A DNA stretch of 64,000 nucleotides from the NCBI GenBank assembly GCA_963751755.1, contig CAVVVH010000004.1, forward strand, positions 5,822-69,821, given 5' to 3'. Origin of the DNA: Candidatus Dormiibacterota bacterium. Lineage in GTDB: Bacteria; Chloroflexota; Dormibacteria; Aeolococcales; Aeolococcaceae. Numbering within the stretch: position 1 is the first letter of the stretch; each line of letters begins with the position of its first letter. Below are positions 41,199 through 56,154 of this stretch, piece after piece. Under the pieces are notes generated by a model. The model searched no databases. It had not been told where the DNA came from and saw nothing but the letters and a program-made list of their open reading frames with translations. The position numbers were made by a program, and so were the translations under genes.

Positions 41199-41261
41199 GA
41201 GCACGCTCCGCGCACGCGGACCCGGTTCCACGTCCCACCTCACGTCTCACCAGGGAACCCC

Positions 41262-42056
41262 ATGCCGTCCCGCACACGTCTAGCCGCCGCTGCCATGGGC
41301 GCGACCGCCGCCGCGGTCCCGGCCGGCGTCGTCGCCAGCACGTACGTCGTCCACCCCGGCGACACGCTCAGTGCCATCGCGCTGCGTCACGGCACCACCG
41401 TCAGCGCGCTGGCCCAGGCCAACCACCTCGCCGACCCCAACCTGATCCGCATCGGCCAGCTGCTGCAGATCCCCGACTCGAAGCTGGGCACACCCGGCTA
41501 CACGACCAGGGCCGCGGACACCGAGACGTACACGGTCGTCCACGGCGACACCCTGATCAGCATCGCCCGGCGCTACGGGCTCGACCTCACCGCGCTGGCG
41601 CGCACCAACGGCCTCAACGTCAACGCCCCGCTCCACGTCGGTGTCGAGCTGCACCTTCCGGGCCGGATCGCGCGGGTGAACGCCCTGCTCGTCCACGTCG
41701 CCAGCGAGGTCGGCGTCGACCCCAAGCTGGTCAAGGCGGTGGCGTGGATGGAGAGCGGCTGGCACCAGGGGGTGGTCTCGCCGACGGGGGCCATCGGCCT
41801 GATGCAGGTGGAGCCGTACACCGGCGAGTGGGTGTCGCGCTACCTGGCCGGGCGCACCCTCAACCTCCGGGTGGCCTCCGACAACGTCCTCGCCGGGACC
41901 CTGCTGCTCCACCACCTCCTCGCCGTGCACCACGGCGACGTCCCCTCAGCGCTCGCCGCCTACTACCAGGGCGACGCGTCGATCGGGCGCCACGGGCTGT
42001 ACGACGACACCCGTCGGTACCAGAAGGTGGTCACCGACCTGGTCAAGAGGGACTAG
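41262..42056 (+). CDS. Secreted cell-wall hydrolase: two LysM domains plus lytic transglycosylase (SLT) domain
   Basis: ORF 41262..42056 is intact. It has two YVVHPGDTLSAIA / YTVVHGDTLISIA LysM repeats and AWMESGW...AIGLMQV...AYYQG SLT motifs. Confidence 0.85.
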   Translation: MPSRTRLAAAAMGATAAAVPAGVVASTYVVHPGDTLSAIALRHGTTVSALAQANHLADPNLIRIGQLLQIPDSKLGTPGYTTRAADTETYTVVHGDTLISIARRYGLDLTALARTNGLNVNAPLHVGVELHLPGRIARVNALLVHVASEVGVDPKLVKAVAWMESGWHQGVVSPTGAIGLMQVEPYTGEWVSRYLAGRTLNLRVASDNVLAGTLLLHHLLAVHHGDVPSALAAYYQGDASIGRHGLYDDTRRYQKVVTDLVKRD

Positions 42057-42130
42057 GGCAAGCTCCCACCCGACAGTTTGGTGATAGCCGCGCTGTGGCT
42101 TCTGTGGACAATCTGGGGAGAACCGGCAGG

Positions 42131-42936
42131 TCAGCCGAGGCCCAGGTCCAGCGGCAGGCTGAGGCAGCGCACGCCGCCGCCCGACTTCATGAACTCGTCC
42201 ATCGGCAGCGTGACGAGCTCGAAGCCCGCCTCCTCGAGCGGTGACCTGAGCGCCTCGGCAGCGTCCGAGCTGACCACCGTGCCGCTGCAGCGGCATGGCG
42301 TTGCAGGCGAACCCCTCGGCCACCTCCCGCGGCACCTCGATCACCCGCGGCACGCGTCTTGCGCACCAGCTCCACCGACCCGGGCGCGAAGGCGTCGGGC
42401 GCGATCAGGGCGCGTGTGGTCGTCGAGGGGACAGAAGCAGGTGTCGAGGTGGTAGAAGCGCGGGTCGACGAGCTGGAGAGACGTGCTCTCGACGTCGAGG
42501 TACCGGGCCACCTCGGCGTGGGCGGCCTGGTCGGTGCGGAAGCCCCACGCCTGGAAGAGGTGGTCGCCGACGAACAGCGCGTCGCCGGCGCCCTCGAAGG
42601 AGATCTCCGGGGTCGACATCGTGCACCACGAAGTCCAGCTCCTCGAGGGCTTGGCGCCAGTGCCCCTCCTCGCCGGCGCGCTCCGCGTGGTGGAACCGGC
42701 TCAGCACCGCGCGCCGCCGCCACACCACGGCGGCGTTGGCGGTGAACACCATGTCGGGCAGGCCGGCGTGCGACTCGGTGAGGACGATGGACTCCCCCAT
42801 CTCCGCGTAGACCGAGTGGAGCGCCTCCCACTGCGCGACCGCGCGGTCGTGGTCGACCTCGACGGCGACGTGCATCCACGGGATTGATCTCGTACTCGAT
42901 GCCGAAGTGCTCAGGACGGCACATGAGAATGGCCAT
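42131..42936 (-). pseudogene. Amidinotransferase/DDAH-superfamily (guanidino-group modifying) enzyme, several frame changes
   Basis: The pieces are: MAILMCRPEHFGIEYEINPWMHV; GLPDMVFTANAAVV; ISFEGAGDALFVGDHLFQAWGFRTD; FYHLDTCFCPLD; and the C-terminal DEFMKSGGGVRCLSLPLDLGLG with the catalytic Cys context. Confidence 0.65.
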
Positions 42937-43055
42937 GACGCGCTACTCGCACATCCGGCCAGGCCGATCGCGGTCGCGGGGAGCTCCTGGTGCCGGGTCG
43001 CCGCGGATGATGCCACAGCGCGGGGTGTTGTGAACCCGGCCTCGCGACCGCGCCG

Positions 43056-44079
43056 TCAGATCGCCCGGGCGACCAGCGCCCCCAGGCCGGCGAGGAGGGC
43101 GGTCGCGGGGATGGTGAGGACCCAGGCGACCACGATGTTGCGAGCCGTCCCCCACCGCACCGCCGCCAGCCGTCGCGTGGCGCCGGCACCCATGACCGAC
43201 CCCGACACCACGTGGGTGGTGCTGACCGGGATGGCGAACTGGGTCGCGCCCTGGATGACGACAGCCGCCATGGTCTGGGCCGCGAAGCCGTCGACCGGCT
43301 CGAGCTGGGCGATTCGGCTGCCCAGCGTGCGGATGATCCGCCACCCGCCGGCGAAGGTGCCGAGGCCGATGGCCACGGCAGCGATCACCACCACCCACAG
43401 CGGCGGCGACGGGAAGCTGCCGACCTTGGCGCTGAGATGGTGGGTGGCCAGCAGCGCGAGGGTGATGATCGCCATCGTCTTCTGGGCGTCGTTGGCGCCA
43501 TGGCTGAACGAGACGAAGCCGCCGCTGAAGATCTGCGCGGTGCGGAAGTTCTTGTTGGCGCGCGACGGGTGGATGCCGCGGAAGACGTGCAGCAGGGCCG
43601 CGAGCAGCAGGTAGCCGAGCACGAACCCGGCAATGGGCGAGGTGATCAGGCCAATGATGACTGGAACCACGGTCCCCCACTTCAGCGCATGGACACCGTA
43701 CCCGGCGATGCCCATGCCGATGAGCGCGCCGATGAGCGCGTGCGACGAGCTCGACGGCAGACCGGCGCGCCAGGTGAGGAGGTTCCAGGCTGATCGCCGC
43801 TGCCAGCGCCGCGACGATCATGGCCAGCGACACACCACCGCCGGGAGCGACCAGGCCGCCGATGGTGTTGGCCACCTTGGTGTGCAGGAGCTGGATGGCG
43901 ACGACCGCCCCGACGAGGTTGAGCACGGCCGACAGGCCGATCGCCAGGCGTGGGCTGAGCGCGCGCGTGCTGATGGTGGTGGCCACCGCGTTGGCGGTGT
44001 CGTGGAAGCCGTTGGTGAAGTCGAAGCCGAGCGCCACCGCGACGGTGACCACCAGGAGGGCGGTCTGCCCGTCAGGCAT
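43056..44079 (-). pseudogene. pit: Inorganic phosphate transporter, PiT family, one frame change near 43790
   Basis: The N-terminal GFDFTNGFHDTANAVATTI is in the ORF 42943..44136 frame, and the remainder including SFSHGANDAQK is in ORF 43056..43715. The length is 1024 = 1023+1. Confidence 0.85.
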
Positions 44080-44690
44080 TCTTGATGGTGATCGCCTCGA
44101 GGATGTTGGCCACGTCCTCGCAGCGGTCGAGAGCATCCTCGAGCAGCGTGAGGAACTCCTTGAGCTTGATCACCTCCAGCGCATCGGTGGCGCCGGAGAA
44201 CAGCTCGCCGATGGCGCGTCGCGAGGCGGTGTCGCCGAGGTTCTCGAGCCTGTGCACCTCGATGCCGTGCTCCTCGACACCCTTGAGCCCCTCGAGCTTG
44301 CTGACCCCCTTCTGCAGCTCGAGCACGGCGCTGCAGATCAGGGCGACCATCTCCTTGGCCGCCTCGGGGATGCGCTCGATCTTGTACAGCGTGACGGTGT
44401 CGCCGATCTCCTCGATGTAGTCGAGCACGTCGTCGAGCCCCGAGGCCAGCGCGTAGATGTCCTCGCGATCGAATGGCGTCACAAAGGTGCGGTTGAGCGT
44501 GCGCACCAGCTCGTGGGTGACGTCGTCGCCGGCGTGCTCGAGGTCCTTGATGGCGCTCTGTTTGCTGGGCCAGCGACGGCAGGTCGTCGAGTCCGTCGCG
44601 CAACAGCTCTGACGCGGCGACGATGCGACGTCACTGCTGGTCGAACAGCTGGTAGAAGCGCCGCTCGCGAGGCACCAACGAAATCCGCAA
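44072..44690 (-). pseudogene. DUF47 PhoU-like phosphate transport regulator, one in-frame TGA plus one frame change
   Basis: LRISLVPRERRFYQLFDQQ*RRIVAASELLRDGL is followed, after a shift, by IKDLEHAGDDVTHELVRTLNRTFVTPFDREDIYALASGLDDVLD. It overlaps the pit start by 8 nt (ATGCCTGA). Confidence 0.75.
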
Positions 44691-44706
44691 CCGTCTCTCC
44701 CCCTGT

Positions 44707-45738
44707 TCACCCGCCGCGCAGACCGCGGGGAGCATAGGGAAGGCCACGGCGGGCCAGGCTGCCGCTCAGATCGGCAAGGCGCTGAGGACGGTCGGGCTGA
44801 AGGGGCGCAGGGGCTGGAGCGCGCTGGCCTGCGGCGGCGTCCACCGGGGGGCGGCGCACGCACCACATCGGGTCGACGTCGTCGCGCAGCGCCACCAGCC
44901 GCCAGCCGGGCAGGCCGCGCCGGCGCGTGCCCGTGGCCGGGCTCGACGGTGGCGACCAGCCGGGGCCGGATCCAGGTGACCCCGGGGCCGGCCGCGTCCG
45001 GGTCGTCGACGGCGACGGCGGGTACAGCCTCGGCGGTCGCCGGCCAGCCAGCGGCGCGCGGCCCCGTCGTCCAGCGGAGCCACGCCGATCAGCCCGAGCC
45101 GGCCGAGCACCCAGTCGCCGAGCAGCAGGCGCAGGCCCGCTGCCCGAGCTGCGCCAGCCCACGACCACGGCGTCGCGCCGTCCCGAAAGCGCGACCCGCA
45201 GCCGCAGGGGCGAGGCCATGCCGGCGAGGTACTGCGCGTCCTGGCGCCGGGCCAGCACGGCGGCGAGCCCACGCTCGGTGGCCGCGTCCGCGAGGGCGCG
45301 GCCGTGGCCCACGACGTGGTCGGGCAGCTGGATGCGCGAGTCTCGAGGGATCAGCTCGGCGAGGGCGGCGAGGCGGGCCAGCAGCGGCCGCGCGCTCATC
45401 GGCTCGCCGTCGAGGTGGAGCACGTCGGTGACCAGGTAGACGGCGGGCGGCAGCGCCTGGCCGGTGATCGCCCGGCGCGACAGCGCGGCGAGGTCGGGAC
45501 GGCCCTGCGCGTCGAGCACGCAGATCGAGCCGTCGAGCACCGCCGCGCGGCCGGCGAGGAACCGCCCCGCGGCGACGATCTCGGGGAAGCGCTCGTCGAG
45601 GGCGGCGTTCTCGCCCTGGAGCCGGATCGAGCCGTCGGCGTCGGCGATCAGCAGGCAGCGCGACCCCTCCCAGTCGACGTTGAACAGCCAGTCGTCGCCG
45701 TCGAACGGCGCCGAGCACGGCGTGCTCGCCTCGATCAC
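44707..45738 (-). pseudogene. ATP-dependent DNA ligase-like protein with all nucleotidyltransferase catalytic residues substituted (pseudo-ligase); OB-domain part frame-shifted
   Basis: ORF 44707..45738 is colinear with the LigD ligase domain. Motif I is NVDWEGSR (not KWDG), III is LDGSICV, IIIa is YLVTDVLHLDG, IV is AAVLARRQD and V is LRLRV. The OB-like tail is spread over two or more frames. Confidence 0.65.
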
Positions 45739-45848
45739 GACGCGCCCGGCTGGCCGGCCGCGGGGATGGTCATCGGCAGGCCGGGCTGCGCGTCGGACGC
45801 GAGCGCGGCGCCGGCCCGGCGCCTGGGCGCGCGAGGCTCACCGCCGGC

Positions 45849-46717
45849 TCAGGAGGCCTTGCGCCGCCGTGCCCCGTCCGCCGTCTGGCGACGCCGCGCC
45901 GCCTGCTTGGCGCCCGACGGCTGCTCGGCGCGCTCGCCCTTCTGCGCTGCCTCGACCGACGCCTTGAGCGCCGCCATCAGGTCGGTGACCTTCGAGGGGC
46001 GCTCGGGAGCGGGCGCTCGAGCGGCTGGTCGTTGACCTTGGACTCGACCAGCGCCATCAGCGCCTCGCGGTAGTTGTCCTTGTACCGCTCCGGGTCGAAG
46101 GTGGCGCTGAGGTTGTCGACGAGCATCACCGCCATGTCGAGCTCGCGCTTGTGGATCTCCGGCTCCGCCTCCGCCTCGGGGAGCGAGAGCTCGCCGGCGT
46201 CGCGGATCTCGTCGGGCCAGTGCAGGGTGTTGAGGAGCAGGCCCTTCTCGTGCAGGGCGAGGCGGCAGAGGTGCTCGCGGTCGCGGAAGGCGATCTTGCC
46301 GACGGCAACCTTGCCGGTCTTCTCCAGCGCCGCCTTGAGCAGGTAGTACGGCTTGACGCCGACGGCCTCCGGCTCGAGGTAGTACGCGCTCTTGATGTAC
46401 ACGCCGGCCTCGATCTCGCGGTCCTCGCAGAACTCGAGGATCTCGCAGGTGTGCGAGGTGGGCAGCGGCAGGTTGTCGAGGTCGGAGTCGTCGATCTCCA
46501 CGAACTCGTCCTTGCCGACCTCGTAGCCGCGCACCGTCGAGCTCCACGGGATCTCCTTGTCCTCGGTGGGGCACCAGCGCTTGTTGCGGATCGGGGTGTG
46601 GTCGTCGGGGCAGAGCATCCGGAAGGAGACGCTCTTGGACTCGGTCGCGAGGTACAGGCGCACCGGGATGGCGACCATGCCGAAGCTGATCGCGCCGCGC
46701 CACATGGATCTGGGCAT
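45849..46717 (-). pseudogene. ku: Ku DNA end-binding protein, frame change near the C-terminal tail (~46015)
   Basis: ORF 45977..46717 reads MPRSMWRGAISFGMVAIPVRLY... The basic tail (VTDLMAALKASVEAAQKG...) is in the ORF 45849 frame. Confidence 0.85.
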
Positions 46718-46723
46718 GGCTTG

Positions 46724-46729
46724 ATTCTA
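46724..46729 (-). promoter_or_regulatory. Candidate -10 box TAGAAT positioned for leaderless ku mRNA
   Basis: The minus strand reads TTAGAATcaagccATG, with the hexamer ending 6 nt before the start codon and no SD. Confidence 0.35.
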
Positions 46730-46777
46730 AGGCGACCGTCAGGGCACTGACCGAAGGTCAGGCATTGGAACAGTCAC

Positions 46778-46858
46778 CGCAGGCGACGTCACGTCGCCGG
46801 AGGTGACACCGCTGCATGGGGGGAGCCCGAGGAGGGAACGAAGTTCTCCCCTCGCTCA
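46778..46858 (+). repeat. ~85-nt two-hairpin intergenic repeat, copy 1
   Basis: CGCAGGCGACGTCACGTCGCCGGAGGTGACACCGCTG..GGGGGGAGCCCGAGGAGGGAACGAAGTTCTCCCCTCGC aligns by eye with the copies at 56071 and 56602. It abuts the HNH stop codon. Confidence 0.7.
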
Positions 46859-47375
46859 GACCTCGAGAAGTGCCTCGTACGCCGCCTTCAGCTCCGGGTA
46901 GCGCAGGAAGATGATGTGCGCGTACTCCTGGGTGAGCGGCCCGGGCTTGCGGCGCAGGTGCATGCCGACCTCCTCCGGCTTGTGGTTGGCCTTGCGCCAG
47001 TTGCACTTCTTGCAGGCGATCACCAGGTTGTCCCAGCGGTCCCCGGCGCCGCCGCGCGACATCGGCACGATGTGGTCGACGGTGAGCTCCGCCGCGGCGC
47101 CGACGAAGCCGCAGTACTGGCAGGTCTGGTCGTCGCGGAGCAGCAGGTTGCGGCGGTTGGGACGGAGCAGGCGGCGCGGGCACGTGGATGGTGCGCAGCA
47201 GGCGGACGACGACCACGCCCTCGGGCAGGCGGCGGCCGCTGAGCGCCTCGGCCGCCTCCAGCTGGGAGCGCTCGTCGAGGAAGGCGACGCGCTCCTTGCT
47301 GAGCAGGATGATCAGCCGGCGGTGGCTGATGACGTTGAGCGGCTGCATCGAGGCATTGAGCAGCAGCACGGCCAT
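46856..47375 (-). pseudogene. HNH endonuclease (McrA-like), one frame change near 47180
   Basis: The N-terminus MAVLLLNASMQPLNVISHRRLI.. joins RRLLRPNRRNLLLRDDQTCQYCGFVGAAAELTVDHIVPMSRGGAGDRWDNLVIACKKCNWRKANH. The length is 520 = 519+1. Confidence 0.75.
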
Positions 47376-47415
47376 GGCCGGAATTCTATGGTGCAGACGG
47401 GCGGCGGCGCACCCC

Positions 47416-50173
47416 TCAGTCCAGCGGCGGAAGGTCCTGGTCGCCGGCGAGCGCGCCCGCGAAGAGGTCGCCGACCTCTGCCAGCCGCTCGCCGATGGTG
47501 CGCACCGTCCAGCGGTCGGGCCGCAGCGCGGGGTCGTCGAGCTCCTCCCAGGTGATCGGCGCCGACACCGGGGCGCGCGGCGCGGCCCGCACCGTGTAGG
47601 GCGCGTTGAGCGTCTTGTTGATGATGTTCTGCGTGTAGTCCATGCGCACCCGCCCGGTGCGCGCCTTGACCGACCACTCCCAGCTGACCAGCTCGGGGAC
47701 GATGCGGCCGATCGCGCGCGACACCCCCTCGACCCAGCCGCGCACCACTCCGTAGTCGGGACCGCGGCGGATCGGCACGTAGATCTGCAGGCCGGTCTGC
47801 CCGGTGGTCTTCAGCACGCTGTGCAGCCCGTAGTGGTCGAGCGCCACACCGGTGAGGCGGGCGAGGGTGACGACGTTCTCGAACGTCGCCCCCTCCGCGG
47901 GGTCGAGGTCGAACACCGCCCAGTCGGGCTGGTGCGGTGCGTCGATGCGCGAGTGCCAGGGATGGAGGTCGATGGATGACGCGTTGGCGACCCACACCAG
48001 CGTGGCCAGGTCGTTGACCACGATGTAGTCCTTGGTCTTCTCACCGTGGTACGTCCACGACTCGATCCAACCCGGGGCGTGCGACGGCTTGTCCTTGCGC
48101 CAGAAGTGGTTGCCGTCGATCCCGTCGGGAAACATCTGCATCGACAGCGGACGGTCGCGCAGGTACGGAAGCAGCACCGGGGCGACCCTGATGTAGTGGG
48201 CGACCAGGTCGCGCTTGGTGAGCTTGTCGTGCGGGCCACATCAGCTTGTCGAGGTGGGTGAGCCGCACACGGTTGCCCTCGACCTCGAGGAAGTCCGAGT
48301 CGGCGAGGGTTTCCAGCTGGCGATCAGCGCGTCGGTGTCGCCGGCGGTGGCGGCGCGCCCGGTCGTCGTGGCGGCGGCACCGCGGCGACCAGAGCGCGCG
48401 CCGCGCCGTGCCGGCTCGGTGCCGGTTGCGTCCGCCACGGTGACCACCGCGTCCGTGTGCGCCGGCTCCTCGCGGACGCAGTCCCGAGGTGAGACGTCCT
48501 CGCGGAGCCCGAGGTAGGCGGGGTGACGCAGGATCCCCTGTTTCGTCCAGCCCGCGTGGCGAACCTCGCACACCAGCTCCGGCCGCACCCACGTCGCCGG
48601 CTCCGCGGTGCGCGGCGGCGGGCGAAGCGCGCTGGTGGCGATCCCCAAGGCGTCGAGCCGGCTTGCGCAGCTCGCGCAGCGTCTTCTCGTTGAAGCCGGT
48701 GCCGACCTGGCCGCAGTGCACGAGGTCGGCGCCGTCGTAGACGCCGAGGATCAGCGCACCCAGCTGCTCGGTGCGCCGGCCGCGGCCGCCCGTCCAGCCG
48801 GCGATCACGCAGGACTGGGTCTGCCACGCCTTCACCTTGACCCAGTCCGGGCTGCGCCGTCCCGGCTGGTACAGCGAGTCGGCGCGCTTGCCGATCATCC
48901 CCTCGATGCCCTGGCTCTCGACGGCGGCGAAGAAGCTCTCGCCGTCGCGCTCCACGTGGTCGGCGTACATGACGCCCGTCGACCGGTGTCAGCACGTCCT
49001 TCAGCGTCTTCTTGCGGATGCGCAGCGAGGTCTGCATGAGGTCGCGCCCATCGAGCTGGAGGATGTCGAACACCACGTACGTCGCCGGGTTGTCGCGCAT
49101 GGCGCGGCGGACATCGCGTCTCGCGGCCGACGTTGATGCGCGACTGCAGCCGCTCGAACGACGGACGGCCGTCGTCGTTCATGACCACGATCTCGCCGTC
49201 GACCACCGCGCTGTGTCCGTGGAGCGCGCGCCCCAGCGTGGCCAGCTCCGGGTACCGCGCGGTCTCGTCGCGACCGCTGCGCCCGACCAGCGCCACCCTG
49301 CCGTCCTGGACGGAGGCCAGCGCGCGCACCCCGTCCCACTTCAGCTCGAACAGCCAGCCCTCGCGGGTGAACGGGCGGTCGACGGTGGTGGCCAGCATCG
49401 GGGACGGGAGCGTGGCGGCCTTGACCGCTGCCGGCCTCGCCGTGGTCGGTGACGGCGCCGCTCGCGTCGCACTGCCCGCGGGTCGCGCGCCGGGCCTGAC
49501 GCGCGCCGCACGCGCGGCCTCGCGCGGGTCACCCCCGCCCTCGGCGGCGATCTCCGCCAGCGTGCGCCCGGTCTTCACCGACACCTCGTGCTCGAGCGCC
49601 TCGTACTTCTCGACCACGGCGTCGTCGCGCTTCTTGATGAGCAGCCAGTTCTTGTCGCCGTCGCTGCTGCCGCCGTAGCGCCGGCCGCGGTCGCCGATCT
49701 TCACCAGCGCGAACTCGCCGCGGATCTTGGTGCCGGAGAGCCGGAACTTCAGGTCGCCCCTGGCCAGGCTCGCCTCGACGTCCTGCGCGGTCTCGCGCAG
49801 CCATTCGTAGGTGCCGATGTCCCAGAGCAGCACCGTGCCGGCGCCGTACCCGGACGGGATCACACCCTCGAAGTCGCCGTAGTCGACGGGGTGGTCCTCG
49901 GTGTGCACGGCGAGCCGCTTGATGGCCGGGTCGAGCGTCGGCCCGCGCGGGATCGGCCAGGACAGCAGCACGCCGTTGTGCTCGAGCCGGAAGTCGAAGT
50001 GCATGCGCGTGGCGCGGTGCTGCTGCACGCAGAAGCGCTGCCCGTGCGGCAGGCTGTCCCAGTCAGGCAGCGCGGCGTTGCGCGCGGCGCCGCGCAGGAC
50101 GCGACGGCGCGTCCCCCGAGGGCTCGGGAGTCTTGCTGAAATCGCGCTTGCGCCGGTACTCCTCGAGGGCCAT
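47416..50173 (-). pseudogene. ligD: Multidomain NHEJ ligase LigD (phosphoesterase - ligase - polymerase/primase order), at least 4 frame changes
   Basis: The PE domain is [18 protein letters not shown] / [18 protein letters not shown]. The Lig domain is FELKWDGVRAL, VVDGEIVV, YVVFDILQLDG, EGMIGKRADSLY and WVKVK. The Pol domain is intact in ORF 47416..48177 (FDLDP...LKTTGQTGLQIYVP...MDYTQN). Confidence 0.85.
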
Positions 50174-50307
50174 GTGCGCAGTCTGCTACGTCGGGGTGCG
50201 CAGCCGGGCCGGGGCGGCGTCACGGACGCGCGGCGGACAGGGAAATGCCATGCCTGCGGCCGCATTCGCGCAGCAGTGGAGCGGTCCGTGGATTCCCGGG
50301 GAACTGG

Positions 50308-50313
50308 TACAAT
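50308..50313 (+). promoter_or_regulatory. Candidate extended -10 (TGgTACAAT) upstream of gyrB
   Basis: It lies in the locally AT-richer stretch ctggtacaattcactgtagttt, ~155 nt upstream of the proposed gyrB start. Confidence 0.25.
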
Positions 50314-50467
50314 TCACTGTAGTTTCGCGTGCTGTCCACGGCCTCCTTGGTGGCTGCGGGAGGGGCACGCCGCAACCCAGCTGCGCCCGCCGGCAGACGC
50401 ACCCCTGGAGTCCCCCCTGATCGACGAGAGCGCCCGAGCCGACGACCGCGGCGTCGGCACCGCAGAC

Positions 50468-52517
<2,050 letters not shown>

Positions 52518-52518
<1 letters not shown>

Positions 52519-53574
52519 TGGCCGCCGAGACCGCGCCGGTCGCCGTCGACGCCATGGGCGGCGACCACGCGCCCGCGGAGATCGTCCGCGGCGCGCTGCG
52601 CGCCGTCACCGAGCTGCACATCCCGGTGATGCTGGTGGGTCGCCGCGAGCTGCTCGAGACCGAGCTGGCCCGCATCGAGGGCCCGGAGACGGTGTCGCGG
52701 GCGCGGCTGACCATCGTCGACGCCCGCGAGGTCGTCGAGATGGACGAGCACCCCGCCAACGCGGTGCGCGCCAAGCGCGACTCGTCGGTGGTCCGCGCCT
52801 GCGCGCTGGTGGCCGAGGGCGCGGCCGGCGCCGCGGTGAGCGCCGGCAACAGCGGCGCGGTGCTGGCCGCGGCGCTGTTCACCGTGAAGCGCATCCCCGG
52901 CATCGCGCGCCCGGCGATCGGCGCCCTGCTGCCCTCGCGGGGCGCGCCGACCTTCCTGCTCGACGTCGGCGCCAACACCGACTGCAAGGCCGGAGTGGCT
53001 CGCCCAGTTCGCGCTGATGGGCACCGTGTACGCGCGCACCATGATGGGCGTTGCCAGGCCCGCGGGTCGCGCTGCTGAGCAACGGCGAGGAGGCCGGCAA
53101 GGGCTCGCAGCTGGTGCAGGAGGCGTACCCGCTGCTCGCAGGCGTCGGCGCTGCACTTCATCGGCAACATCGAGAGCAAGGAGCTGTTCACGCGGCGCCT
53201 GCGACGTGGCCGTCTGCGACGGCTTCGTCGGCAACATCGCGCTGAAGACCGCCGAGGGCGTCGGCGAGTACCTCTTCGCGGCGCTGCGCGACGCGGCCAT
53301 GGGCAGCCTGGGCGGCAAGGTCGGCGGCCAGCTGCTCAAGCCACGCCTGCGCGCCCTCCGCGACGGCGTCGACTACCGCCACACCGGCGGCGCGCTGCTG
53401 CTCGGTGTCGGCGGCGAGGTGGTCATCGCGCACGGCCGCTCGGACGCCCTGGCGGTCATGAACGCCATCCGCGTCGCCGCCGAGGCCGCGCAGCGCGACG
53501 TCAGCGGCACCATCGCCGCCGAGCTGGCCGGGGCCGCGGCGGCGGCCGAGCAGCCACGGATGAGGCGGTGGTGA
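52518..53574 (+). pseudogene. plsX: Phosphate acyltransferase PlsX, about 4 frame changes
   Basis: The ATG overlaps the gyrB stop (TGATG). The pieces are: VAVDAMGGDHAP...; LLDVGANTDCK; RVALLSNGEEAGKGSQL; FIGNIESKELF; and CDGFVGNIALKTAEG...VVIAHGRSD, spread over three frames. Confidence 0.8.
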
Positions 53575-53578
53575 CGCG

Positions 53579-56038
<2,460 letters not shown>

Positions 56039-56070
56039 CGACGCGCCAGAGAATCCCTCAAGACCCGTCG

Positions 56071-56154
56071 GCGCAGGCGACTTCACGTCGCTGGAGCCGA
56101 CACCGCTGAGCTGGGGGGAGCCCGAGGGGGGAACGCAGTTCCCCCTTCGCCCTA
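56071..56154 (+). repeat. ~85-nt two-hairpin intergenic repeat, copy 2
   Basis: It lies between the convergent gyrA and usp and abuts the usp stop codon. It has the same orientation as copy 1. Confidence 0.7.

Noticed and set aside
41110-41261. A cyclic-di-AMP (ydaO-type) riboswitch upstream of the LysM/SLT cell-wall hydrolase, a common actinobacterial association.
   Set aside because: The predicted promoter leaves only a ~63-nt leader. None of the conserved ydaO sequence blocks could be recognised by eye.
44631-44633. The in-frame TGA in the DUF47 gene might be a selenocysteine codon.
   Set aside because: The position corresponds to a non-catalytic helix residue in a non-redox protein family. 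No SECIS-like hairpin follows immediately.
50174-50467. oriC or a DnaA-box cluster upstream of gyrB.
   Set aside because: Only one DnaA-box-like nonamer (cTGTCCACg) was seen. There is no cluster, no AT-rich unwinding element, and no dnaA or dnaN nearby.
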